DNA of 63,876 bases, counting the filler, from Candidatus Tectimicrobiota bacterium (GTDB lineage Bacteria; JACPSX01): NCBI GenBank assembly GCA_016193065.1. It is 7 parts of 7 records of this genome, joined end to end, with 100 filler letters (N's around TTAATTAATTAA, not from the genome) between each part and the next. Parts side by side here need not be neighbours in the genome. Positions count along the whole stretch, not along the records: positions 51,193 to 55,077 come from JACPSX010000248.1; positions 55,178 to 61,217 come from JACPSX010000249.1; positions 61,318 to 63,876 come from JACPSX010000011.1; 4 more parts are not named here. One strand, given 5' to 3'. The notes below the pieces were generated by a model. The model worked only from the letters and a program-made list of their open reading frames with translations. It made no database searches and had not been told where the DNA came from. Both the position numbers and the translations under genes were made by a program. How positions within the stretch are numbered: position 1 is the stretch's first letter; each line of letters starts with the position of its first letter. Below are positions 54,141 through 62,898 of the stretch, piece after piece.

Positions 54141-54578
54141 ATGGACAAGACAAGCCCGGAAGTCGAAGCGGGAAGGGAGAGCGGCCCCGTGGAGATCGGT
54201 CTGCCCGAGATGGAGAGGTTGCTGACCGGCGGAGGGAACCTCTTTCTTGTCGATGTGCGCACGGAGGACGCCTTTCTGCGCGAGCGGATTCCCGGCTCTC
54301 TGTCCGTTCCGCGGGGCGTCCTGGAGTTTCTCATCGAGGAAGTGATTTCCGAGCGGGAGGCCATGTTGATCATAGTTTGCGACGACGGCTCCCTTTCCCG
54401 GAAAGCGGTTCTGACCCTCAGGGTGCTGGGCTACTCCTCCGCTTACGCCCTCCAGGGCGGTCTCTTCGGTTGGAAGCGGGCGGGACACCCGATTAGCCGC
54501 GGCAACCCGGCAGCCGGGGATGCCCCTCTTTCTTGGAGATGGGCTCACGGAGAAGGCTCCCGCCTGATCCGGGAGTGA
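54141..54578 (+). CDS. Rhodanese-like domain protein
   Basis: LVDVR, IPGS, VCDDGSLS active-site loop, LQGGLFGW; GGAGG RBS. Confidence 0.82.
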   Translation: MDKTSPEVEAGRESGPVEIGLPEMERLLTGGGNLFLVDVRTEDAFLRERIPGSLSVPRGVLEFLIEEVISEREAMLIIVCDDGSLSRKAVLTLRVLGYSSAYALQGGLFGWKRAGHPISRGNPAAGDAPLSWRWAHGEGSRLIRE

Positions 54579-54656
54579 CGCAGAAGGTTTTCGTTCGGAA
54601 CCGGGAGAAGCAGGGAAAACTCAGAGCGAGGGACTTGGGAGAAAGGAAGGCACGCC

Positions 54657-55077
54657 GTGAGCCTGGTGGTGGCGGAGGGGTTGGCCAAGACGTACCAGAT
54701 GGGGGAAGTGGAAGGGACCGACGTCTCCACGCTGGATCGCCGCTCTCCTGAACCTGCTTGGTTGTCTGGACCATCCCACCGCAGGCCGGCTGGAAGTGGA
54801 GGGCACCGATGTTTCCACGCTGGACCGGCGCCGCGGGGCCGCTTTTCGGGGTGAGCACATCGGATTCGTGTTTCAGAACTTCAACCTCGTTCCCGTGCTC
54901 ACGGTTTATGAAAACGTCGAGTACCCGCTGGTGATGGTCCAGAACCGGAATGTCCGGGAGCGCCGGGAGAGGGTGCTGGGGCTTCTGGAGGCCGTGGGGA
55001 TGAGCGACCAGAGGGACAAGTTTCCCGAGCAGATCTCCGGCGGGCAAAAGCAGCGGGTGGCCATCGCCCGGGCCCTG
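54657..55077 (+). pseudogene. LolD/MacB-like ABC ATP-binding protein, scrambled 5' part, cut by contig end
   Basis: LAKTYQMGEV; LLNLLGCLD; IGFVFQNFNL; SGGQKQRVAIARAL; Walker A missing and a 40-bp segment duplicated. Confidence 0.8.
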
Positions 55078-55177
55078 NNNNNNNNNNNNNNNNNNNNNNN
55101 NNNNNNNNNNNNNNNNNNNNNTTAATTAATTAANNNNNNNNNNNNNNNNNNNNNNNNNNNNNNNNNNNNNNNNNNNN

Positions 55178-55574
55178 GCCGGGCAATTTCGGCCGCCTTG
55201 TCACTTTTCATGGCGTGTCACAGGTCCCAGTCAACCTGCAGCCCGAGCCAGAAATCCGCCGATATGCCCAGCACACGGGCCAGCCGCAGCGCGGTATTGG
55301 CGAGCATCTCGCCCGGATGGGTTAGGGGTCGAAAACACACCCGATACTGCTCGTTGACCCGGATGCTGTGCTGTCCGCTCCGGTTGCCCCTCAGGCGTTC
55401 TAACCGGTTACCCGGTGGAGTCGCCAGATCCCGCAAATCGCGCACCCGATTGATCTGATCGAGCTTTCTACGGACAGTAGCCCACAACGCTCTTGGACAC
55501 GTCCGCCGGGCAACCCGGGTGTCAGACCCGTCGAATATATCCTCCGTCCCCCGATCCCGAAATGAACGTATCAC
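55178..55574 (-). pseudogene. higB: HigB toxin fused by deletions to HigA fragments
   Basis: MIRSF..PPGNRLERLRG..HSIRVNEQYRVCFR, then THPGEML, then TALRLARVLG..FWLGLQ, TGA at a Trp position, HAMKS.. Confidence 0.8.
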
Positions 55575-55710
55575 GGGTCACATTATAATGGGTAACAATA
55601 ATACCATCAACTCTTGTTCTGGGGTCAATTCAACAGATGGGTAAAGGCGCGTTGCTGTCAAGGCTGAGCCGGCGTAGCATGTCGATGTCGCTTCGAGAAG
55701 TCCGAGCGGG

Positions 55711-56097
55711 TTAATGAATGATCTCGCTGGTCCAGCGATCCCGATGCGCCCAGAACGGGCAGCGGGGGCAAGCGTGTCCCTCCGGATAGTCTATGCCCTC
55801 TTCATGGGTGCAACCGATGATGCGGTCCGTCATTACAACCGATTTGACTCCATGCCTCTGGATGAAGTTGATGATCTCTCTGCCGATTGCAGGATCGTTG
55901 CGCACATCCAGATTCTGGCCAGACCAGGTTTCCAGTGCCCCGGGTTCTGCACCCTCCGTGGCGACGATGCCGACTGCAACCTTCGTGGCGCAAGTGTCGT
56001 CCGGACCATAGAAGGCCACGGTCGCCACGGGGTATCCCCGGAAGCCGTGCCGTGCCTTCTTCTTGAGCGGCGATCCCGAACGACGTTTGAACCTCAC
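55711..56097 (-). CDS. Hypothetical protein with C-terminal C-x-H...CxxC cluster
   Basis: GFRGYPVATVAFYGPDD..IIGCTHEEGIDYPEGHACPRCPFW; start GTG 56097 uncertain. Confidence 0.75.
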   Translation of the reverse strand: MRFKRRSGSPLKKKARHGFRGYPVATVAFYGPDDTCATKVAVGIVATEGAEPGALETWSGQNLDVRNDPAIGREIINFIQRHGVKSVVMTDRIIGCTHEEGIDYPEGHACPRCPFWAHRDRWTSEIIH

Positions 56098-56132
56098 TCC
56101 GAAGAACCTCAGCCTTGGGTCAGGTCGGCGAG

Positions 56133-56286
56133 CCAGGAGGCTGCTGAAAAAGTCTTTTTCGTGGTTCGACAGGCTCACCACGAACGGTCAAGTGCCAATG
56201 TTTTCAATACCTGCCCCGTTCGGCCTCACCCGGAAGCCGGGTACCCGGTCGAAGGCTGAACGGAGAGTGTCTCAGTATCCTGCTGG
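56133..56286. mobile_element. MITE-like element with IS5/IS1182-like terminal inverted repeats and internal REP-like motifs
   Basis: CCAGGAGGCTGCTGAAAAA ... TGTCTCAGTATCCTGCTGG (14/19 inverted match); internal GTTCGACAGGCTCACCACGAACGG. Confidence 0.6.
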
Positions 56287-56354
56287 TGCACTTTGACATG
56301 CCGCGAGCTGATAAACCGGTGCAGCCCAAGCTTCCGCCACAAGGCAGACAAAGT

Positions 56355-56696
56355 TCAGCTGCGTGCTTTGGTACGCCGAATAGAGCGTCGCGTTGGAGAA
56401 GAGGAACGCCCACTTAGCCACTTCTTGAATGAGGTTTGACTTTCACCTGACGGCTTACCCGCCAATAAACCTTCGACGCTAATATCTTCGTCGATATCTT
56501 CCCAGTGAATACCATGGCCCTTTCCGATCAACCTCCAGTGATTCCTCTCCTCTGGAGTCGAATGTAGGAGCCGAGGAAACCATGCCAGCGGAACAGAAAT
56601 AGTTCGCCCATCGCTTAGGTCAACACTTAAGGTATCTTCGGTCACTTTCACTTTCTCAGCATTCGGAATCTCTATTTCATTTGCCGAAATACCCAT
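56355..56696 (-). CDS. DUF2442 domain protein (putative TA component)
   Basis: LSDGRTISVPLAWFPRL..GIHWEDIDEDISVEGLL. Confidence 0.9.
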   Translation of the reverse strand: MGISANEIEIPNAEKVKVTEDTLSVDLSDGRTISVPLAWFPRLLHSTPEERNHWRLIGKGHGIHWEDIDEDISVEGLLAGKPSGESQTSFKKWLSGRSSSPTRRSIRRTKARS

Positions 56697-56913
56697 TCCA
56701 TGCCTCCACGAATCGTGAATGGTGTTCGTTGATAATTTTCAGGATTTCACCAATTTCCGCCCGGTGAAATCCGCCACTGCTTTGCAGTCGAATCGGATCA
56801 AGCCAAACTTTTGCGATCTTGTCGTCACGCTCAACGTGAATATGCAACGGCTCGTTCCGATCACCTGCATAAAAGAAGAATCGATATGGCCCACTTCTGA
56901 GTACTGTAGGCAT
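56677..56913 (-). CDS. DUF4160 domain protein (putative TA component)
   Basis: MPTVLRSGPYRFFFY..EPLHIHV..AKVWLDP; overlaps the DUF2442 start. Confidence 0.9.
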   Translation of the reverse strand: MPTVLRSGPYRFFFYAGDRNEPLHIHVERDDKIAKVWLDPIRLQSSGGFHRAEIGEILKIINEHHSRFVEAWNGYFGK

Positions 56914-57028
56914 CTACTCCTCAATGTATCCCATCTTGCCCTGGCTAGCTATAACTGATATATTCCGTTTCCTCCACGGGTAAACACGGGCGCATGGGTC
57001 AATAAATCGCTTAGGTATGCCTCAAGGT

Positions 57029-57071
57029 TAAGCTTCGATGCAGATGGGTGTCAAGATAAATGATCAGATCC
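57029..57071 (-). repeat. 43-bp dispersed repeat, copy 1 (others 59436-59478, 61097-61138), each containing a minus-strand TTGACA promoter
   Basis: TAAGCTT..AGATGGGTGTCAAG..AAATGAYCAGATCC; copies 1 and 2 are 35/43 identical. Confidence 0.75.
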
Positions 57072-57182
57072 CGATCTACTGCGGAAGCTGCGGTTCGAGA
57101 CGGTGAGACCGCACAGGCACTGTGCCTCACTTGCGGGTGCCGAGGGCGACTGCCAGGCGCAAGCACTTCACTGGGCGCCAGA

Positions 57183-57383
57183 TCAGGCCGTGCGACCGAC
57201 CGGTTCGAGGTGGGCAATCTCAGCCGCCTTCTCGCCTCTCATGGCGTGCCACAGATCCCAGTCGAGCTGCAGCCCGAGCCAGAAATCCGCCGGCATGCCC
57301 AGAACACGGGCCAGCCGCAGCGCAGTATCGGGGGTCACAGCCCGCTTGCCACGGATGAGTGCGTTAAGACATGGGAACGATAC
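57183..57383 (-). pseudogene. higA: HigA antitoxin C-terminal remnant
   Basis: VSFPCLNALIRGKRAVTPDTALRLARVLGMPADFWLGLQLDWDLWHAM..; no start; paralogue of the 55178-55300 fragment. Confidence 0.8.
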
Positions 57384-57476
57384 CTCAATTGGGGAAAAGT
57401 AGATTTGCGCTGGGGGAGTTTTTCGTACCTTGAAATTTCTGTTGATAGGACAGAGTTTTCAAGGTAAGATTTCGTC

Positions 57477-58649
57477 ATGATAGACCGGCACCGAGAAGTG
57501 AATACTCTTAGCGCTCTTCTGAAACGCCACCGGGTTGTCGGAATCATCGGCGCTCGCCAGGTGGGAAAAACAACGCTGGCACGCTCTCTCCTCAAACAGA
57601 TACGCGGCAACTCCACATACTACGATCTGGAAAATCCCGAGGATTTGGCGCGGCTTGCCGACCCCATGTATACGCTCAAGGGGTTAAAGGGGATTGTTAT
57701 TATCGATGAGATACAACGATTTCCCGACCTTTTCCCCATCCTGAGAGTGCTTGTGGATCGACCGAAGACGTCAACGCGGTTTCTGGTTCTCGGGAGCGCT
57801 TCCCCTGCTCTCCTTCGTCAAGGTTCTGAAACCCTCGCCGGCCGTATTATTTATCATGAACTGGCAGGCTTTTCTCTGGAAGAGGTGGGAATCAAGAACT
57901 ATCGGCGATTGTGGCTGCGCGGGGGGTTCCCGCGGTCATACCTTGCTCCCTCCGACGCGGTCAGCGAAGAATGGCGTCGCGGCTTCATACGCACTTTTCT
58001 CGAAAGAGACCTCCCGCAGTTAGGGATTACCATCCGTTCAACTACGATGCACAGGTTCTGGAGCATGTTGGCGCATTATCACGGTCAGATATGGAATGCC
58101 TCGGAATTCGGGCGGTCTTTTGGCGTGGCCGATACTACTGTACGCAGCTATCTTGATTTGTTGTCATCGGCGCTGGTGGTGAGGCAGTTACTGCCGTGGC
58201 ATGAAAACATCTCAAAACGCCAGGTCAAATCACCCAAGGTCTACATTGCAGACAGCGGGCTGCTCCATACGCTGCTCGGCATTGAAACCCGTAACGATCT
58301 GGAAAGACATCCCAAGATTGGGGCCTCATGGGAAGGATTCGTCATCGAGCAGGTTATCCGTTGGACGGGATCCAGGAAAGAGGATTGTTTTTTCTGGGCG
58401 ACGCATGCGGGCGCGGAACTGGACCTTCTTGTCGTCAAGGGAAGAGACAGGCTGGGATTTGAGGTGAAACTTACAAGCTCACCGCGGGTGACCCCATCGA
58501 TGCGAAGCGCCCTTTCAGACCTGAAACTTCAGCGCTTGCATGTAATCCATACAGGGGAAGAGACATTTATGCTTGAGAGAAACATACAGGCGCTGGCGAT
58601 GCCCCGCTTGCTGGATGATCTCAAGGCTGATTATGTAGAGGGCAAATAA
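57477..58649 (+). CDS. AAA_14 ATPase with DUF4143 C-terminal domain
   Basis: GARQVGKTT, IIDEIQ, LGSAS, ETLAGR, RGGFP, KSPKVYIADSG, AELDLL..FEVK. Confidence 0.9.
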   Translation: MIDRHREVNTLSALLKRHRVVGIIGARQVGKTTLARSLLKQIRGNSTYYDLENPEDLARLADPMYTLKGLKGIVIIDEIQRFPDLFPILRVLVDRPKTSTRFLVLGSASPALLRQGSETLAGRIIYHELAGFSLEEVGIKNYRRLWLRGGFPRSYLAPSDAVSEEWRRGFIRTFLERDLPQLGITIRSTTMHRFWSMLAHYHGQIWNASEFGRSFGVADTTVRSYLDLLSSALVVRQLLPWHENISKRQVKSPKVYIADSGLLHTLLGIETRNDLERHPKIGASWEGFVIEQVIRWTGSRKEDCFFWATHAGAELDLLVVKGRDRLGFEVKLTSSPRVTPSMRSALSDLKLQRLHVIHTGEETFMLERNIQALAMPRLLDDLKADYVEGK

Positions 58650-58779
58650 TGAATGCCCCTTCATCACAACCACTGACTCCATCCGCACAACAGGGTTCCT
58701 GCGGGCAAACGATCGACGCGGAACCGGCCCTGTTCCGGCGAGGTCTTAGAACTCAAAACAACCTATTCCGTGCTCACGC

Positions 58780-59058
58780 TTACTCGTGGGCAAGAGATTT
58801 ATCCGTGAAGAGGTAATCTTTCAGTTCCTTGGAAAAAGTGGGATCTTTCCGGCGGATCCACTCCAGGATCATTGCGGCGTGTTCTTTCTCTTCATCCCGG
58901 TTGTGAGCAAGGGTCGCCCTTAGTTCTTTGTCCTTGCATACATCGACCCTCTGGTTGTACCAATTAATGGCCTCTAATTCCTCCTTCAATGATTCAATCG
59001 CGCGGTGCATATCGCGCACTTCGTCCGAAAGCTCGTTGCTCGATTCCTGGTACGGCAT
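58780..59058 (-). CDS. Encapsulin-associated ferritin-like protein (EncFtn/Flp type), no targeting peptide
   Basis: RDMHRAIESLKEELEAINWYNQR..LAHNRDEEKEHAAMILEWIRR..YLFT; GAGGAG RBS. Confidence 0.88.
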   Translation of the reverse strand: MPYQESSNELSDEVRDMHRAIESLKEELEAINWYNQRVDVCKDKELRATLAHNRDEEKEHAAMILEWIRRKDPTFSKELKDYLFTDKSLAHE

Positions 59059-59203
59059 TGAGTTTCTCCTCTCGGTTCGAATTCCCCCTCACCCTCCCCT
59101 CTCCCCTTGAGGGGAGAGGGACAGACTAAGGTGTGGCGGTGCCTTCTTAAAATATAAGACGTCGCATCTCATTTCGCAAAGATGAACCACCTTTCCCGCA
59201 CCC

Positions 59204-59320
59204 GGTTCGATCAACTCACCACAGGCTTCGACATGTCTGTTCTGAGCCCGCCGCTTTCCTTCGACAAGCTCAGGACGAGCGGCGGAGTCAAAGAGCTCAG
59301 GGGAACGGGGCGCCCGTTGA
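59204..59320. repeat. REP-like TTCGAC-x-GCTCA repeat cluster
   Basis: GGTTCGATCAACTCACC, GCTTCGAC, CCTTCGACAAGCTCAGGACGAGCGG; same family as inside the 56133 MITE. Confidence 0.55.
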
Positions 59321-59435
59321 ACACATTGAATGAGGATTCCCGAACGCCGCCATAGCCCTGCCCTCCCATCCGATCAGACAGGGAGTATTTCGGAGCAACC
59401 AGCGAATAAGGTGAACTCTCAAGGTAGCCAAAGCA

Positions 59436-59478
59436 TAAGCTTGGGCTGAGATGGGTGTCAAGCAAAATGACCAGATCC
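59436..59478 (-). repeat. 43-bp dispersed repeat, copy 2
   Basis: TAAGCTTGGGCTGAGATGGGTGTCAAGCAAAATGACCAGATCC; minus strand TTGACA-18-TATGCT. Confidence 0.75.
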
Positions 59479-59720
59479 GGCTCTCCTGGAAAAAATGGGC
59501 TATCGGCGATTCAAGGCTGGATCGGCTATGGAGTCCGAGAGAAGCCGGAGTGGCGGCTCTGCTTTTTGCGCCCTTCGTTGCGCCGCAAGTTAGGCTTCAG
59601 GCCTCCGGAAACGGTGGGCACCTTAAAGCTGTGCCCGCCGTCCCTGGGATGAAGCGGAGGCCTCATACGGGGCTGGTCGCGACCGGTGTGCGATCGACTC
59701 TGCGCTCGAGAGGTGGCGTC

Positions 59721-60842
59721 CTACGGGAAGTCGTTGCGAGCCCTGATGATACAGTCGACCATGTGGGCACCGCCGCTCGCCGAGTTCTCGTCGGATGTCT
59801 GCCCGCTCTGGTCGGCGACGACCCGCGGCCACGATTCTCCATCCCACCAGGCGAAGAACGGGCCGCCCGACTGCCCGGGCCAAACGTCACCCTGGTGGAA
59901 GATCCGCGTGTGGACTTCGCGGTCCCAGAAGGACCCGTCGAGCGCGATGCTTCCCTGGTACGAGGGACGCTGGCCACCTGCCAAGTCGCCGGGATAGCCG
60001 ATGTGGCTCCAGTAGGGCTCGCCGTCCCAGTCGTCCGACCAACTCCGGGAACCCATCCAGCCGGTGAGATCGCCGATTCGATTATTGAGCACCACCGCTA
60101 CGTAGTCGTGTTGGCCCTCCGTGCGGTTCAGCGAGGGGCCGAACACCTTCAACTCCTCCCAGTATATCCACGTGCCCCAGGCAACGCCGAAGGGTGCGCT
60201 TCCGTCGAAGTACGCAGGCGTGAATTTGACCCAACCGGCCGTGCCGTCGGAGTTCCACTGGATCGCATGGCTGCAGGTGAGCATGTGGCGGGGCCCAACC
60301 ATCACGCCGCTTGCCTGGCCACCCGGGGTGTCCACGCGGCCAACGGTGCACCAGGGAAACGCCGTGTCATTGAAGGTGTAGCGGTTGTCCGGCGCGAAGA
60401 TAGTCGTCGCCTGGTGTACGTCCCTTGGCCGATCCGGCAGCGCCGCACTCTGGACGCGAGGGGGCACCACGAGATCGGACGGAAGGCGCCTCGGAAGTGG
60501 CCGAAGCGGCAAGTGATCGGGTAGGTAACCCTCGAAATCGGGCCACTCCTTCTGTCTCTGCCGGATGTCCTTCTCCGGCCCGAACTTGCGGGTCTCGATT
60601 GCCGGCGGAAGGGCGTGCACTCCGAGCGTGGCGCCCCGGACTGAAAGCTTCACCTCGTAGGCCTGGCCCATGTTTCTGCCCTTGCTCGCTGCCACCGACA
60701 AATAAACCTGGGGCGTCGCGGTGGCGGCGAGCATTACCGACATTTCGAGGGGCAGTTCCTCCGCGCTCTTTAATGGCTCTCGCGGCTTCAGTCGCGCCAC
60801 AAGCTCGTCCAAGTGAAGTGGTCGTGCGGGTTTCTCTGGCAT
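59721..60842 (-). CDS. Trypsin-like (V8/glutamyl endopeptidase-type) serine protease with N-terminal pro-region
   Basis: FPWCTVGRV; HMLTCSH (His); HDYVAVV (Asp); GYPGD; GDVWPGQSGGP (Ser). Confidence 0.85.
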   Translation of the reverse strand: MPEKPARPLHLDELVARLKPREPLKSAEELPLEMSVMLAATATPQVYLSVAASKGRNMGQAYEVKLSVRGATLGVHALPPAIETRKFGPEKDIRQRQKEWPDFEGYLPDHLPLRPLPRRLPSDLVVPPRVQSAALPDRPRDVHQATTIFAPDNRYTFNDTAFPWCTVGRVDTPGGQASGVMVGPRHMLTCSHAIQWNSDGTAGWVKFTPAYFDGSAPFGVAWGTWIYWEELKVFGPSLNRTEGQHDYVAVVLNNRIGDLTGWMGSRSWSDDWDGEPYWSHIGYPGDLAGGQRPSYQGSIALDGSFWDREVHTRIFHQGDVWPGQSGGPFFAWWDGESWPRVVADQSGQTSDENSASGGAHMVDCIIRARNDFP

Positions 60843-61096
60843 TTCTTTTACCCCCTCTCAGATTCTGAGTTTGACTCGTCGCTCCGACTTCAATTGGTCA
60901 ACTTGCATCAAGAATAAGATCACCTCCCTTCAAGCCACCAAGCAATATGTCGCCAAACTATGGATCCTATGGTTCCGTATAAGAACCCTGGTGTTGCCTC
61001 CCTGCAGCATAAGACCCTTGGTCCTCATCTCGCAAAAACGCTGCGGAGGTCGTATCCGTCTTCCAACAAATGAATGGCAAGAGAATACCCTAACAC

Positions 61097-61167
61097 TAAC
61101 GTTCGCCTAAGATGGTGTCAAGGAAAATGACCTGATCCTTGACAACCTCCCTGGATTCCCCTACAGT
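61097..61167. repeat. 43-bp repeat copy 3 forming back-to-back promoters
   Basis: TGTCAAGGA-N11-TCCTTGACA palindrome; minus TTGACA-17-TAGTGT and plus TTGACA-17-TACAGT. Confidence 0.65.
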
Positions 61168-61317
61168 GAGGCCGCATGATCCCGTCGGGCGGGATCCGAA
61201 TCACCCATTCACAAGGCNNNNNNNNNNNNNNNNNNNNNNNNNNNNNNNNNNNNNNNNNNNNTTAATTAATTAANNNNNNNNNNNNNNNNNNNNNNNNNNN
61301 NNNNNNNNNNNNNNNNN

Positions 61318-61644
61318 CGCCATGGCCATCAGCGGCCGGGTGAGGGTGGACAGCGTGTACCCCCAGGCCACGAGCGCCTTGCGCCGGCGGAGGCGATCCG
61401 AGAGCCAGCCCGAGGTGAGCTTCAGCAGGCTAGCCGTCGTCTCCGCCACCCCTTCCACGAGGCCCACGAAGGCAGTGCCGGCGCCCAGGCTGCGCGTGAG
61501 GAAGAGCGGGAGGAGCGGGTAGATCATCTCCGTGCTGGCATCCGTCAGGAGGGAGACCAGCCCCAGCGCCCGGACGTTCGGCGTGATGGCCCGCCCGAGC
61601 GGGCGCCACCCGACCGCGGCCGCCGGCCTTGCCGTCTCAGTCAT
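61318..61644 (-). CDS. MFS transporter, 3' cut by contig start
   Basis: VSLLTDASTEMIYPLLP; SGWLSDRLRRRK (MFS motif A). Confidence 0.88.
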
Positions 61645-61955
61645 GACATGCCCTCTCGGCTCTCGGCTCTGAATGGAAGTCTACTCATCCCCGGGGCGGG
61701 GTCAAGCGCTTTCGGCCCGCCCCGATGCCTTTCCCCCGGGCGGAACGAATTTCCGCCGGGGTGAAATCCTTCCTCTCCGGATTCCGCTCACCTAGTCACC
61801 GCGATGAACCTGAAATGCCGGGTCCTTCCCGGATGTGCGAGAGACCAAGCCGCAGGAGTCCGTGTTCACGAACCGCTCGTGGTGACGTGGCTGGTGACTG
61901 GGGACAGCGACCGTGCTGACGGGCAGGCAATTTATGTTGAATTGACCGTGTCGCG

Positions 61956-62708
61956 TCACATGGAGGACGCCTGTGAAGGCAAAAGGTCCAAGCTGCCCGC
62001 TTTAGGAAGCGCGATCCATCCCTCCGTCTTGGCCCGAGACACGATGTCCTCCGGAGGCGGCTCACACAAGCCTTGGGTGGCTGCTCGCGCCACCAGTGCT
62101 GCAGGCAGGGCATCCAGAACGTCGTCGCTGCTCTCGCACGCGTCATGCACCTCGCCGTCAAGATGGAGCCATCTACCTGTTGCGGCTTCGATCGCGGCTA
62201 AGAGATTCCTTCGGGCTTGGCGGCCCTTTGCGCCTTTGTACCCGGACGCGCTGAATCCCCAAACGCTCAATGCCGCCGCTGGATACACCTCTACGAGACT
62301 CCCCGTTTCCTCCCGGCTCACCGGGAGTCCCCGCTGGCCAAGCTCGGAAAATAGCCTCGCCGCCCTCATCGCGGGGACGGCGATCCGGTCCGACGAGACG
62401 CTTAACGGCCAGCGGCGGGTCCGCTCCTGGACAAACTGGTCGGTTGCCCGGAAGCGCAACGACCTCCGCGGGCAGTCGGGCCACCTGGGGCCATTCTGGT
62501 AGGCAGCGAGGGCCTGAACGAACTCGTCGGGCCAGCCGAAGGGCACATCGAGGCCAACCTTGTCCACTCCCTGGAAAGACTCGATCAGCTCTTCATCATC
62601 AAGCGACCCGCGGAACTTATACGCCTCGGCCTTCTCGCGGGCCCATTTGATCCAGCAGGCTGCCGTCTGCAACGGGGAAGCCGCAAGGTCAACGCCAACG
62701 GTGAGCAT
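61956..62708 (-). CDS. DUF429 domain protein (RNase H-like predicted nuclease)
   Basis: TVGVDLAA, GLDVPFGWP, RATD, VEVYPAA, DVLDA..A, EGWIALP; start ATG 62708. Confidence 0.85.
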   Translation of the reverse strand: MLTVGVDLAASPLQTAACWIKWAREKAEAYKFRGSLDDEELIESFQGVDKVGLDVPFGWPDEFVQALAAYQNGPRWPDCPRRSLRFRATDQFVQERTRRWPLSVSSDRIAVPAMRAARLFSELGQRGLPVSREETGSLVEVYPAAALSVWGFSASGYKGAKGRQARRNLLAAIEAATGRWLHLDGEVHDACESSDDVLDALPAALVARAATQGLCEPPPEDIVSRAKTEGWIALPKAGSLDLLPSQASSM

Positions 62709-62898
62709 CGAAGTCCTCAGATCGGGTGATTCTGGCTGCAATGTGCATTAGAAAAACCGTCGCTACCTACGACCACACCGTCTTGCCTCCGATCAGATTG
62801 TCAAAACAGTCGTAGTCTTCCTGACCGGAGGGCTGGGGCGGAATCTTGCCGTGTGGAACCCCTGGGGCGTCAATGCCGCGAAGAAGCCTCTGCCAAGG

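Noticed and set aside
55218-55220. In-frame TGA in the HigA fragment as selenocysteine
   Set aside because: Aligns with Trp (TGG) in the paralogue at 57183-57383, not Cys; nonsense mutation or error
59451-60524. 357-aa plus-strand ORF
   Set aside because: Antisense shadow of the serine protease
57029-61138. CRISPR array from the 43-bp repeats
   Set aside because: Spacing is 1.6-2.4 kb with genes between, repeats diverge, and no cas genes
61734-61762. GC hairpin upstream of the MFS gene as a riboswitch
   Set aside because: Lies upstream of the apparent TTGACC/TAGACT promoter and shows no aptamer consensus
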